Assembly (NCBI GenBank): GCA_963781625.1
Contig: CAWAGT010000014.1
Span: forward strand, 11,022-75,021
Length of the DNA: 64,000 bases
Reading direction: 5' to 3'
Origin: an uncultured Chloroflexia bacterium
GTDB taxonomy: Bacteria; Chloroflexota; Anaerolineae; Anaerolineales; Villigracilaceae
Shown here: positions 47,971-57,194 of the stretch, piece by piece
Position numbering within the stretch: position 1 is the stretch's first letter
Layout of the letters: every line of letters begins with the position of its first letter
Notes under the pieces: model-generated
What the model was told of the DNA's origin: nothing
The model's database searches: none
Seen by the model: the letters and a program-made list of their open reading frames with translations, nothing else
Translations under genes and position numbers: made by a program

Positions 47971-48551
47971 TAGCTGCTCTGTCTCCCTTCGATGGCCGCC
48001 AGCAAAATGCCTGCAGCAATGCCGATGCGGCGATCCAATAGATGGTTTAAGTCCATGCTGAAGCCCAGGTTCAATTCATAACGGAACGGGTTGAAGTTTT
48101 GTTTTAAGTCCGCGACACGCGTGGTGCCGAAGGTAATGTCATAGTTCTGAGACAGCCATGAGCCGAGCAGGAGCCGGCGCAAGAGCGCCAACCTAACGCT
48201 GTCCTCGAATAATTTTCCGACCAGGCGATCGTTCGCGTCCAGCACTTCCCATTCATCACGCAGGATCGATTGCAAATCCCGGCGGCGCAACACACCAACC
48301 TTTTGATTGGTCAGCGCGTCCACCACATCGTAGGCCGCGGAGAAATCGATGATCTGGCGCGCCTGAATGCTGAGCACTTCCTGTGACTTGTTCTCATCCG
48401 AGAACACGCGGATGTCCTCGCGCAGGCGAAACATCTTTTGTTCGCTGAACATGACGAGGTCCCCCAGCGGATCATAGAAACGGAACTTGCCTGTCAGCGC
48501 GATGGCCTGTCGCTTGAGGAGATAGGTTGGAAATTGGAAGACGGGATTCAT
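47970..48551 (-). CDS. hypothetical protein, possibly tubby/LOR (scramblase-like) fold
   Basis: 193-aa ORF. The pattern of short beta-strand repeats is reminiscent of LURP-one-related proteins. Weak call. Confidence 0.4.
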   Translation of the reverse strand: MNPVFQFPTYLLKRQAIALTGKFRFYDPLGDLVMFSEQKMFRLREDIRVFSDENKSQEVLSIQARQIIDFSAAYDVVDALTNQKVGVLRRRDLQSILRDEWEVLDANDRLVGKLFEDSVRLALLRRLLLGSWLSQNYDITFGTTRVADLKQNFNPFRYELNLGFSMDLNHLLDRRIGIAAGILLAAIEGRQSS

Positions 48552-48557
48552 GTTCTT

Positions 48558-49592
48558 CTAAAAGATGTGAACTTGCGTGCCCTGGCCCGGCAAATGGAGA
48601 TAATCCACATCCGGCGGGACGACCGGCTTGGTCCAGCGATACAAAAACTTGGCGGACTCTGATGGCAGGTTCACACAACCGTGGCTGCGCGGACGACCAT
48701 AATCGTTGTGCCAGTAGGTGCCGTGGAAGGCATTGCCCGCGCCGGTGAAAAATGAACACCAGGGCACGCCGGGCAAACTATACACGGTCTCATCTTCCAA
48801 CGCGTCGCCTTCGTTCGTCATGTGCACCGAAGGCCCTTTGTGATATGTAAGGAAGTCGCCCGTGGGTGTATCCGTGCCCTTGACTCCGCTGGAACAGCGT
48901 TCCGAGAAGACCAGCTTCTCGCCTTCGAAGGCGGTCACCAGTTGCGTGCCCAGATCGACAACGATATGTTTTTCCTCATCCGGCACATCCGGAGAAAGCG
49001 GAGCCAACTCCTCGGCCGGTACCAGGCGCATGTCGTGCGCGGCAACGTAAAGGGATTTCTTGAGATACAAATCGTAGATCTCGTACCAGATACTTTTTTC
49101 CTCGCGCGTGACGATGGCTCTCTTCACCCAATGTGTCGTACCATAATAAATGCGATAGCCGCGCTTGGCGTACACATAAGGATCTTTCCGCGTGTCACTG
49201 AAAGGGACAACGATCTCGCCGACCTGTCCTTTTTCAGGGATATTAAACAATGGCTTTTGATAGTTTGTCTCCACGGGCTGGACCCAGCCTGAGTAGGTGT
49301 ATCCATCCCCGTTGAGCTGGTACCACGTGCGATTATAAGGATTGCCCTCTTCGCCATTCTCATCGATCGAGGTGATGTCCACGACCTGGTCCGCGCCGAA
49401 GAGATGGAGCTTGTTGGCGTTGAAGGCCGGGTCATCATAAAGAGGAATGCCGCTCCAGGTGATGCGTCCCTGTTTGGGTGTTGTCGTCTCAGCCAGGGCG
49501 CGGTCGAGGCGCAGATCGCCTAAAGCAAAAGCAAGCGAGCCGGCGCTGGCGAGTTTGAGAAATTCGCGGCGAGAGATTTGTGGATTGAGCAT
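48558..49592 (-). CDS. L,D-transpeptidase (YkuD domain) with a Tat-type signal
   Basis: SRREFLKL twin-arginine motif. Catalytic FHGTYWHNDYGRPRSHGCVNL. Confidence 0.88.
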   Translation of the reverse strand: MLNPQISRREFLKLASAGSLAFALGDLRLDRALAETTTPKQGRITWSGIPLYDDPAFNANKLHLFGADQVVDITSIDENGEEGNPYNRTWYQLNGDGYTYSGWVQPVETNYQKPLFNIPEKGQVGEIVVPFSDTRKDPYVYAKRGYRIYYGTTHWVKRAIVTREEKSIWYEIYDLYLKKSLYVAAHDMRLVPAEELAPLSPDVPDEEKHIVVDLGTQLVTAFEGEKLVFSERCSSGVKGTDTPTGDFLTYHKGPSVHMTNEGDALEDETVYSLPGVPWCSFFTGAGNAFHGTYWHNDYGRPRSHGCVNLPSESAKFLYRWTKPVVPPDVDYLHLPGQGTQVHIF

Positions 49593-49755
49593 GGGATAAG
49601 TTTACCCGCAAAGCCATGAGGTGCGCGAGGGTTATTACTTTATTCTTATACTCTGATTTCGATGAAAAAGTTCCAACCTTCATAGAACGTCCCGAGGGTG
49701 TTCCCGGAAAACATTGTTCAGCTGTTCAAACCTTCAGGCCGTTTTGGGCTATTTC

Positions 49756-50787
49756 TTAAACTTTGATTTCCACCCTGGTTCCCACGTGTCCATAGACCAG
49801 TTGCTTATCCGGTGGGACGCTTGGCATCGTCCAACGGAAAAGCCATTTGGCCGCCTGCGGCGTCAGATTGATGCAACCATGACTATGCGGGTGACCGTAA
49901 TCGTTGTGCCAGTATGTCCCATGGAAAGAAATCCCACTTTCGGTGATGTAAAGCACCCAGGGTACACCGGGCAGGTCAAAGCCATTGGAGGCGATATCCC
50001 CGGCTGCCATGTGCCGCGTGGGACGTTTATGGTAGGTGATGAAACTTCCAACTGGCGTTGTGTATGTTCCACTGAGTCGTTTGCCACCCGAAGAAATACG
50101 TGTGGCGAAGACGGTCCGTCCATTTTCATAAGCCAGCAGCAATTGATCGTCCAGACGTACTTCGACGTGCTTATTTTCGTTCGGAACATCTGGAGATAAC
50201 GGAGCCAGTTCCTCGTCGGAGAGGTTGCGGATGTGACTCGCGGGGACGTAATAATATTGTTCGAATTTATCGTCCAACAGGGAATACCAGACACTTCCAT
50301 CTGCTTCACTGATCGTGCTGGTCATGACCCAGTGTACCGTTTCGTAATACAAACGATAAACCACGTCTGCGTTCGGATCCGCTTCCAAACGTGCTTCAGT
50401 GTAAGGCACGCTGACCTCTCCCAGCACGCCTCTGGTGGGGATGGACTGCGGTTCGTTGAGAATCGTGCGCACCGGCTGGATGCCGCCTGAATACACATAC
50501 CCACCCTCTTCAAGTTCGTACCAGACGCGGTTATAAGCGGACTGATCTTCACCAATGGTGGTGTTGGTGATGGAGAGCACCAGATCGCGCCAATAAAGTT
50601 TTTTCCATTTGGCTTTGGGATTCGGTTCATCGTAGGACCGGAGGATGCCATTCACAACGCGGCCTTGTAACGTATCAAAGTCATCCTGCTGGTTGAGATG
50701 GAAGGGGAGGTCCGGCAATATCATCCCCATCAAGCCGTAACTGCTCAATTTAAGAAAATCACGTCGGGATAGAACGGCCTTGCTCAT
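49756..50787 (-). CDS. L,D-transpeptidase (YkuD domain) with a Tat-type signal, paralog of 48558-49592
   Basis: SRRDFLKL. FHGTYWHNDYGHPHSHGCINL. Same domain order as its neighbour. Confidence 0.88.
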   Translation of the reverse strand: MSKAVLSRRDFLKLSSYGLMGMILPDLPFHLNQQDDFDTLQGRVVNGILRSYDEPNPKAKWKKLYWRDLVLSITNTTIGEDQSAYNRVWYELEEGGYVYSGGIQPVRTILNEPQSIPTRGVLGEVSVPYTEARLEADPNADVVYRLYYETVHWVMTSTISEADGSVWYSLLDDKFEQYYYVPASHIRNLSDEELAPLSPDVPNENKHVEVRLDDQLLLAYENGRTVFATRISSGGKRLSGTYTTPVGSFITYHKRPTRHMAAGDIASNGFDLPGVPWVLYITESGISFHGTYWHNDYGHPHSHGCINLTPQAAKWLFRWTMPSVPPDKQLVYGHVGTRVEIKV

Positions 50788-50801
50788 CTTCAGGTCTTCA
50801 A

Positions 50802-50858
50802 GTGACGGTCACTTGGCTTCCAGCTCTTCAAATGCGTTTTGCAAAAAGTGACCGTCAC
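50802..50858. repeat. pair of GTGAC-N-GTCAC palindromes in the intergenic region between two Ldt genes
   Basis: GTGACGGTCAC at 50802-50812 and GTGACCGTCAC at 50848-50858. The flanks (AAGTGAC..GTCACTT) match the pair at 486-545. Confidence 0.75.
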
Positions 50859-50867
50859 CTTTCGTGA

Positions 50868-52040
50868 TCAATAATGCACATTCACCAATGTGCCCACGGA
50901 AGCCCAGTTAAATAACCAGGCCGCGTCTTCCGTGCGAAGGTTTACGCATCCATAACTCATGGGTGTTCCAAAATTATGATGCCAGTAGGTACCGTGCAAT
51001 CCGTAGCTTTCATAGAAATACATAATGTAGGGGACATCAGGCAGGAAGTAGCCAGGCCCCGACATATTTCCATAACGGAGCTTGACGTAGATTTTATACT
51101 GTCCTGTGACAGTGGGAGTTAACCACGTTCCAGTCGAAACGATGAAGGAATTTACCACCGTCTCGCCTTCATAAGCATAGACACTTTGATGGGTCAGATC
51201 CACATCGATCCACCGCGTGTTCTTGCCATTACTGGCTATGGCTGGCAACTGCCCGGAGGGAGCCGGCGCCGCAAATTCGCTGGTGGGCGTATCTTCGATA
51301 ATCGTCATGGCCATGGCGCCTGGCGTTGCGGTTGCTTCCGGGATGGCCGTTAATTCGGTTGGAACTTCCGTGGGCGCCAAGGCGGGCGTCTCGGTTGGAT
51401 CGGGACTCGTGCCGGGCACGGGGGTAGCCAGATCAGGCGTGGGTGTATCAGCAAGCTGTTGTGCGAAAGCGCTGACATTAATGGGAGTGATCGATGGCTT
51501 GGCGATCTCTGCCGGTGCCCAGAGATTTTCCTGTGTTGGTGCGGGCGCACTGACACTGCTGACAATGGAGGCCAGCGCGGGGCTGGTCAAGGCGAAGAAG
51601 GCCAGAAAACCAAAGGCCACACATGCCACACCGAGCAATAGAACGGGGACCAGCCAGTTTCTTCCCTGGTATTTTCGTCGAGGGGTGGGTGTGACCGTTT
51701 TATGGGCAGCGGTTTGTGAGAGGTCGTTCTGCGGTTCGTTCGACCCCCTTCGACTTCGCTCAGGATCTACCTGAGCCTGTTTCAGTTTCCCTGTGGCCCA
51801 TTCCACGGCGCGCTGCGCGCGGGCGCTATCCGGGTTAAGTTCCAGGGCCTTCTTGGCGTAGGCCAACGCCTCTGTGGGATTCGGATCGGAGGCGGCCAGA
51901 ATCAACCAGGCGTCTTCCATTTCGGGTACGAGCAACGCGGCTCGTTCTCCCAACTTCCTTGCTGCCGGGCGATCCCCGTTACGCAGAGCCTCACGTGCTT
52001 TTGCGATCAGTTCACGAGCTTCGACGAATTTGGTGTTCAT
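50868..52040 (-). CDS. TPR - TM - Pro/Thr linker - L,D-transpeptidase fusion protein
   Basis: N-terminal TPR-like helices, one TM segment (WLVPVLLLGVACVAFGFLAFFAL) and a C-terminal LHGTYWHHNFGTPMSYGCVNL. Confidence 0.8.
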   Translation of the reverse strand: MNTKFVEARELIAKAREALRNGDRPAARKLGERAALLVPEMEDAWLILAASDPNPTEALAYAKKALELNPDSARAQRAVEWATGKLKQAQVDPERSRRGSNEPQNDLSQTAAHKTVTPTPRRKYQGRNWLVPVLLLGVACVAFGFLAFFALTSPALASIVSSVSAPAPTQENLWAPAEIAKPSITPINVSAFAQQLADTPTPDLATPVPGTSPDPTETPALAPTEVPTELTAIPEATATPGAMAMTIIEDTPTSEFAAPAPSGQLPAIASNGKNTRWIDVDLTHQSVYAYEGETVVNSFIVSTGTWLTPTVTGQYKIYVKLRYGNMSGPGYFLPDVPYIMYFYESYGLHGTYWHHNFGTPMSYGCVNLRTEDAAWLFNWASVGTLVNVHY

Positions 52041-52128
52041 AAAAGGCCCTTTAATAAAAAGATCAATGCCATCTACTCAAGACGTTGTTCACCATATACT
52101 TATAAATAAGAGACTGCTTCATCCCTTA

Positions 52129-52833
52129 CTACCATTGAATTTCCACCGTGGTACCAATCTCGGCCCAGTTGTATAAGAGCTGTGCGTTATAGGTGCTGAG
52201 CACGACACATCCATAAGAAACCGGCCGGCCGAGATAACCTTCCCATAGCGTAGCGCCGTTGGGCAAAATGGGCAAAGCATGAATTCCATTCTCCAGGCTG
52301 CCGGCCCAGTAAATGCCCAGCCAGTCCGGCATCCAAATATTCCAGGTGGCACCGTAGGCATTGGGAATCTTGCTTTGTACGTGGAAGACGCCCACGCGCG
52401 TGGCATTGTTGATCCCAGTGGAGGCGACAAAACTATACAGGAGAGCATTATTTTCGTAGACGTACATATGCTGCTCGGAAATATCCACGAGAATATATTT
52501 TTCTCCACCGGCGGTGGGAACATCTTTGTGGGATGAGTCTTGCGCGACCGGCACATCAGCCTCATCCACGATCTTCATGGTCATCACGCCGGGAGTCTCG
52601 GTCGCTGGGATAGTGGTTTCGGTGGGGGGTGGAATAGATGTAGCTGTGTAAGCCAGCTTGGGAACATTGGCATAAGCCCACAAGTTTTCCTGGGTGGCTG
52701 TCGGCGTGGCAAAGATCGCCGCGCCTGCCGGGGAGGCCGCGTAAAAGAAGAGGCCGCCTCCAATGCCGAGGAATACCAGGATCAGCAACAGGCTGGAGAT
52801 GAGGCGCAGGCGTCCGCTGGAAGAGGCGCTCAT
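52129..52833 (-). CDS. membrane-anchored L,D-transpeptidase
   Basis: N-terminal TM segment and a C-terminal HALP...GRPVSYGCVVL YkuD motif. Confidence 0.8.
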   Translation of the reverse strand: MSASSSGRLRLISSLLLILVFLGIGGGLFFYAASPAGAAIFATPTATQENLWAYANVPKLAYTATSIPPPTETTIPATETPGVMTMKIVDEADVPVAQDSSHKDVPTAGGEKYILVDISEQHMYVYENNALLYSFVASTGINNATRVGVFHVQSKIPNAYGATWNIWMPDWLGIYWAGSLENGIHALPILPNGATLWEGYLGRPVSYGCVVLSTYNAQLLYNWAEIGTTVEIQW

Positions 52834-53702
52834 TGGTTCAAATCCGGAGTGGGAGTCGGATCGACGTTTTCGTTATGGGCAAAGCACGTGATGCCTTCGA
52901 CCACCCCCTGCGCGATCAAGTCAGTGTGCTTTGTGAGGATCTCGCGATCCAGGTTGAGAAAGCCTGTTTCGATGATGGCAGCCACGGTGCTCGGATCGAT
53001 TTCGCGGAAGGCATGATACTCGCGCATATCGCTGGTAATGCTGCCAGCATGGAAGGTCAATTGGGTGACGCGCTGATAGCGATCCACCAGACAGGCGGTG
53101 AGCCGGTTGGCGCGATTGATATCATAGGTATTCAAGGCCGCGGCGACCTTGAAGCCTGTGGCCTCATCGTTGATGTATTCGCAGAAATCGTTGTGGATGG
53201 AGACGATGGCGAGGGCGCGATAGCCGTTCAAGCGGGTGTCGAACTCGCGCAGCAGGTCCACCTGATAGCCCAGCTGTGTCAGTTGCTCCTGGACCAGCGC
53301 GGCGATCTTCAAATTTACATCAGCCTCGGTGAGCGTAACGTTTCCGTTCCCATCGAGACAGACTGCACCTAAGTCGTTACCGGAATGCCCGGCCACAATA
53401 CCAATACGCAGTTGTTGGGGTTGAGAGACTGGTTGCTGTGCCTCCCCTTCCACGGCGCGCGGCGTTAGGATCAAGCTCAACTGGTTATAGAGATCACCTG
53501 CCACCAGTCCACGCGAGGGCAGTGCAGTAAAGAGCGTTGCCATCAGGATGGCAATGCCAATGGTCGTTTGCACTGCACGCAACGGATTGCTACGGCGGCG
53601 CGGAGTACGCGGAGGCGTTGTTTCCATATCGCGTATCCAAATAGTACCTTTGAAAGCAAGAACGTGCAAGGGATGAAATTTGGTTTTTGGCTTGACTCCC
53701 AC
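52830..53702 (-). CDS. N-acetylmuramoyl-L-alanine amidase (Amidase_3)
   Basis: IGIVAGHSGND...TEADVNLKIA...ALAIVSIHNDF motifs. GAGGAG RBS before the GTG at 53702. Confidence 0.82.
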   Translation of the reverse strand: MGVKPKTKFHPLHVLAFKGTIWIRDMETTPPRTPRRRSNPLRAVQTTIGIAILMATLFTALPSRGLVAGDLYNQLSLILTPRAVEGEAQQPVSQPQQLRIGIVAGHSGNDLGAVCLDGNGNVTLTEADVNLKIAALVQEQLTQLGYQVDLLREFDTRLNGYRALAIVSIHNDFCEYINDEATGFKVAAALNTYDINRANRLTACLVDRYQRVTQLTFHAGSITSDMREYHAFREIDPSTVAAIIETGFLNLDREILTKHTDLIAQGVVEGITCFAHNENVDPTPTPDLNQ

Positions 53703-53773
53703 CCTGCTCCTCGTTATGATGAATTTTTATTGGAGAAATTATAAGTCTGGATCCTGAAAAACTTAGGCGTGCC

Positions 53774-54226
53774 ATGCGGGCCTGGACAACAGGCGTGGCC
53801 GTTGTAACTGCCACTTATGCAGGTGAACAGTATGGCATGACTGTGAATTCATTTACCTCCATTTCATTGGAGCCGCCACTGATCTCGGTCGCGTTGAAAC
53901 AGTTAACCCATACACATGAGTTGGTTGTAAAAGCCGGTATGTTCGCGGTGACAATTCTTGCTTCAGAGCAGAAGGAGCTTGCTGATCGTTTTGCCGGAAA
54001 GTTTCCAAACATGCCAAATCGCTTTGAAGGTTTGGAAACTGACAGTCTGGAGATCGATGCGCCGCTGTTAAAAAACGGAATGGCCTATTTCAATTGTCGT
54101 GTCGTCCAGTCCATCCCGGTGGGTGAGAATACGCTCTTTGTAGCGGAAGTCATCGCGGCGCGTGGAGAAGGCGACGGCTTCCCTTTGGTGTATCATAATC
54201 GTGAGTATTGGAAGTTAACCAGGTAG
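53774..54226 (+). CDS. flavin reductase-like FMN-binding protein
   Basis: TGVAVVTA...GMTVNSFTSISLEPPLISVAL. The true start may lie upstream at a non-ATG codon, because the frame is open from 53723. Confidence 0.8.
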   Translation: MRAWTTGVAVVTATYAGEQYGMTVNSFTSISLEPPLISVALKQLTHTHELVVKAGMFAVTILASEQKELADRFAGKFPNMPNRFEGLETDSLEIDAPLLKNGMAYFNCRVVQSIPVGENTLFVAEVIAARGEGDGFPLVYHNREYWKLTR

Positions 54227-54258
54227 TAGTTCGTTAAAGAAGTGGGAGGGGCAGGAGC

Positions 54259-54831
54259 ATGCAAGATAAACTGACCAACGAAGACCAAAAAAATTTGCTC
54301 CGCCTGGCACGGGAGGCGATGGAACGCGGCGTGCGAGGTGAAAAATTAATGCCGCTCGATGAAGACTCCCTGCCGCCGAGTTTGCGCGAGCAAGAGTCGA
54401 CATTTATCACGCTGACCGTACGCGGTGAATTGCGCGGCTGTATCGGCGGTCTGGAAGCGTGTCAGTCACTGGCCGAGGACGTTCGTCAGCATGCCCTCGC
54501 CGCGGCGCTCGAAGATCCGCGTTTCCCTCCGGTGCGGGAAGAGGAATTAAACGGGATTCAGATCGAGGTGTCGCGCCTGACGCGTCCGCTGCCCTTGGAA
54601 TATCAGGATGCGGACGATCTGTTATCCAAACTGCATCCGTTTGTGGATGGTGTCATTCTGCGCGATGGGCCTTATCGGCGTGCAACCTTCCTCCCGCAGG
54701 TTTGGGAAAAGATTCCCGATCCCGCCGAGTTCCTGAATAATCTTTGCTACAAAATGGGAGTCAATCACGATTTGTGGCGCAGCAAGCATTTGGAGGTGCA
54801 GGTGTATCAAGTGGAGGAGTTTCACGAGTGA
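54259..54831 (+). CDS. AMMECR1-domain protein (AmmeMemoRadiSam system protein A type)
   Basis: FITLTVRGELRGCIG...DPRFPPV...ATFLPQVW motifs. Confidence 0.85.
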   Translation: MQDKLTNEDQKNLLRLAREAMERGVRGEKLMPLDEDSLPPSLREQESTFITLTVRGELRGCIGGLEACQSLAEDVRQHALAAALEDPRFPPVREEELNGIQIEVSRLTRPLPLEYQDADDLLSKLHPFVDGVILRDGPYRRATFLPQVWEKIPDPAEFLNNLCYKMGVNHDLWRSKHLEVQVYQVEEFHE

Positions 54832-54861
54832 TGCGTTGCACGAGTAGGGTAAAATCTGCCT

Positions 54862-56751
54862 ATGGCTGACGATGCGGTCTTCCAGGAAGCAATAGAAGCT
54901 CTGCGCGAGGGAAACAAGACCCGCGCCCGTGAACTACTCACCGAACTGTTAAAGAACGATCAGAATAACGCGACCTATTGGGTTTGGATGAGTTCCACAG
55001 TGGATACCGCCAGGGAGCGGATCTATTGCCTGCAAACGGCGCTCAAACTGGACCCCGAAAATGCTGCCGCCAAACGCGGTTTGATCCTGCACGGCGCGTT
55101 ACCCGCGGATGATGCCGTTCAGCCTTTTCCGGTAAACCGGCCGCGGGCCTGGGAAGAAAAACTTTTACTCGCACATGAAAAGCCAAAGCTGAAAGGCTGG
55201 GCGGCTGTACGTGCCAGCCCAATGGTGCGCCTGGGAGGGTTCGTTGCGCTTGGCGCGGTTTTAATCGGTGCCGTGGTATTTGGCTTTATCATCCCGCGCG
55301 CCAATCAGGGTTCGCGCCTGCCAACGTTTACCCCCGGTCCTTCGCCAACTTTTACCTTGACGCCCACCGCCCTCAACGCGACCAGCCAGCCTCAAGTGGC
55401 CGGCACGCCTGCTCCGCTTTCCGAATTGGTCGCCGTGCCTTATACAGCAACGCCTTTATATGTCAACACGCCGCGCCCGCCCGAAATCGCGGGACATGTA
55501 TCGCGTGGTCGAAGCTGCCTACGAAAAAGGGGATTGGGACGCGGTCATTCAGGGGATGCAGGATATTATCCGCATTGAACCGGAGGCTGCGGACGCGTAT
55601 TATTACATCGGCGAAGCCTATCGTTTCAAGGAAGATTACGCCAACGCGCTCAATGCCTATGAGTCTGCGCTGGGCGTAAATTCGGACTTCGGTCCTGCTT
55701 ACGTGGGAATCGCACGCGCCCGCCTCGGGATCGATCCCAATGCGAATGTCCTTTCATTTTTAGACGATGCCATCCGGCTGGATCCGAAATTTGGAGAGGC
55801 TTATCTGGAGCGCGCCAGGGTCAAATTGCGGGATAACGATATCGAAGGTGCCCTGGCTGACCTGGCTCAGGCAGACCGTCGACTACCAGATTCTCCGTTG
55901 GTATATTATTACCTGGCACAGGCAAGGGTGAAGGAAGGTGATTTGGATCTGGCCCTGGCCGCGGCCAAACGCTCCAATGAACTGGATGTGACATCTCTGC
56001 CAACCTATCTTCTGCTCGGCCAGATTTATGCTGACACTGGAGATGAGACGGAAGCAGTTCAGGCGCTGGAAATTTATCTCAAATATGAACCAGACAACGC
56101 CGCGGCTTATTTGCTGCTGGGCAGGATGTATTACGAGGACCAGGAATATGAAGAAGCGGTCAATGCCATGAACCGGGTCATTGCACGCGAGAAAATCAGC
56201 GTGAACCTTATCTCTACCGCTTCTTATCGAATGTGGAGCTTGGCCATGGTGACCTGGCAGATGACGACCTGGCCACGGTCGAGTTGTATTATTCCAATTC
56301 CTTTGATGTCAATCTGGCAATAGTCCGTCTGCATCTAATTCAGAAGCGCAATGGAAGTGCCTTGCTGGCTGTAGACAAACTCATCGCGCTGGCTGAAACG
56401 GATGAGCAAAAATCGCAGGCATATTACTGGGCGGGAACGGTTTATGAAATACGCAAGGATTTTAGGAATGCGGCGCGTTACTGGCAAAGGTTATTGGACT
56501 TGCCCGAGGATGCCATGACCCAGGAAATGCGACAGGAAGCCAGCGATCATTTCTACGCGATTTACACCGCGACCCCTTCCCCGGCACCGCGCAGCTCAAC
56601 TCCCACGCGGACGCCAACCCGGACGCCGACAAGAACGCCGACCCGCACACCAACTCCTACGAGGACCCCCACGCGGACTCCAACACCTACAAGAACACCA
56701 ACTCGGACTCCCACCAGCACACCCACTCGTACCCCCACACCAACTCCATGA
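54862..56751 (+). pseudogene. membrane-anchored TPR-repeat protein with a (PTRT)n tail, read in three ORF pieces (two opposite frameshifts)
   Basis: Frame 1 covers 54862-55490, frame 2 covers about 55490-56193, and the frame-1 phase resumes from about 56194. TPR consensus runs through all three pieces. Confidence 0.7.
56596..56751 (+). repeat. coding tandem repeat, about 12-nt period, encoding (P-T-R-T)n / (T-P)n
   Basis: [50 protein letters not shown] at the C-terminus of the TPR protein. Confidence 0.9.
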
Positions 56752-56786
56752 TCAAGAAGGCGACTGGGAGATCAGTCGCCTTTCAT

Positions 56787-57194
56787 CTACTTCTTCCCAT
56801 ACTTTGCACGATCTTCGGGACATGGACACAACGCGCGCAGATAATGCCAGTTGTAGATGCCATAATCGTGTCCATCCTCCCAGACGATGGTTAAAGCGTA
56901 GGAACCGACCGCCACCACATTGCTAATACGCGTGGAGGATGAATCTCCTAATTTGATATCGAACACTTCCGCGTCGGGCTCGGATTTCATGTTCTCGTGC
57001 CCGCCGCGACAGGAGGCACAGGGACAGGCGGCACGCAATAATTCAAAAGGATAAACGCTGGTGTGCCCATCGTTCCAATTGATGGTAAATTCCTTCGTTT
57101 TTTTATTTGCCGTAATGCCAGTTGGTTTTTCGTTCATATTCAACTCGATTTCCTCTCCCAGCTGGAGAGGGGCCAGGGGTAAGGGAGACGTCAT
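56787..57194 (-). CDS. DUF971 (gamma-butyrobetaine hydroxylase N-terminal-like) protein
   Basis: LRAACPCASC and NWHYLRALCPC motifs. Alternative start ATG at 57137 with a GAGGA RBS. The 57194 start overlaps the upstream stop (ATGA). Confidence 0.75.
   Translation of the reverse strand: MTSPLPLAPLQLGEEIELNMNEKPTGITANKKTKEFTINWNDGHTSVYPFELLRAACPCASCRGGHENMKSEPDAEVFDIKLGDSSSTRISNVVAVGSYALTIVWEDGHDYGIYNWHYLRALCPCPEDRAKYGKK

Noticed and set aside
56596-56751. A regular short-period repeat array that could be mistaken for a CRISPR or other non-coding array.
   Set aside because: The period is about 12 nt with no spacers. The array is in frame with the TPR ORF and encodes a PTRT/TP low-complexity tail.
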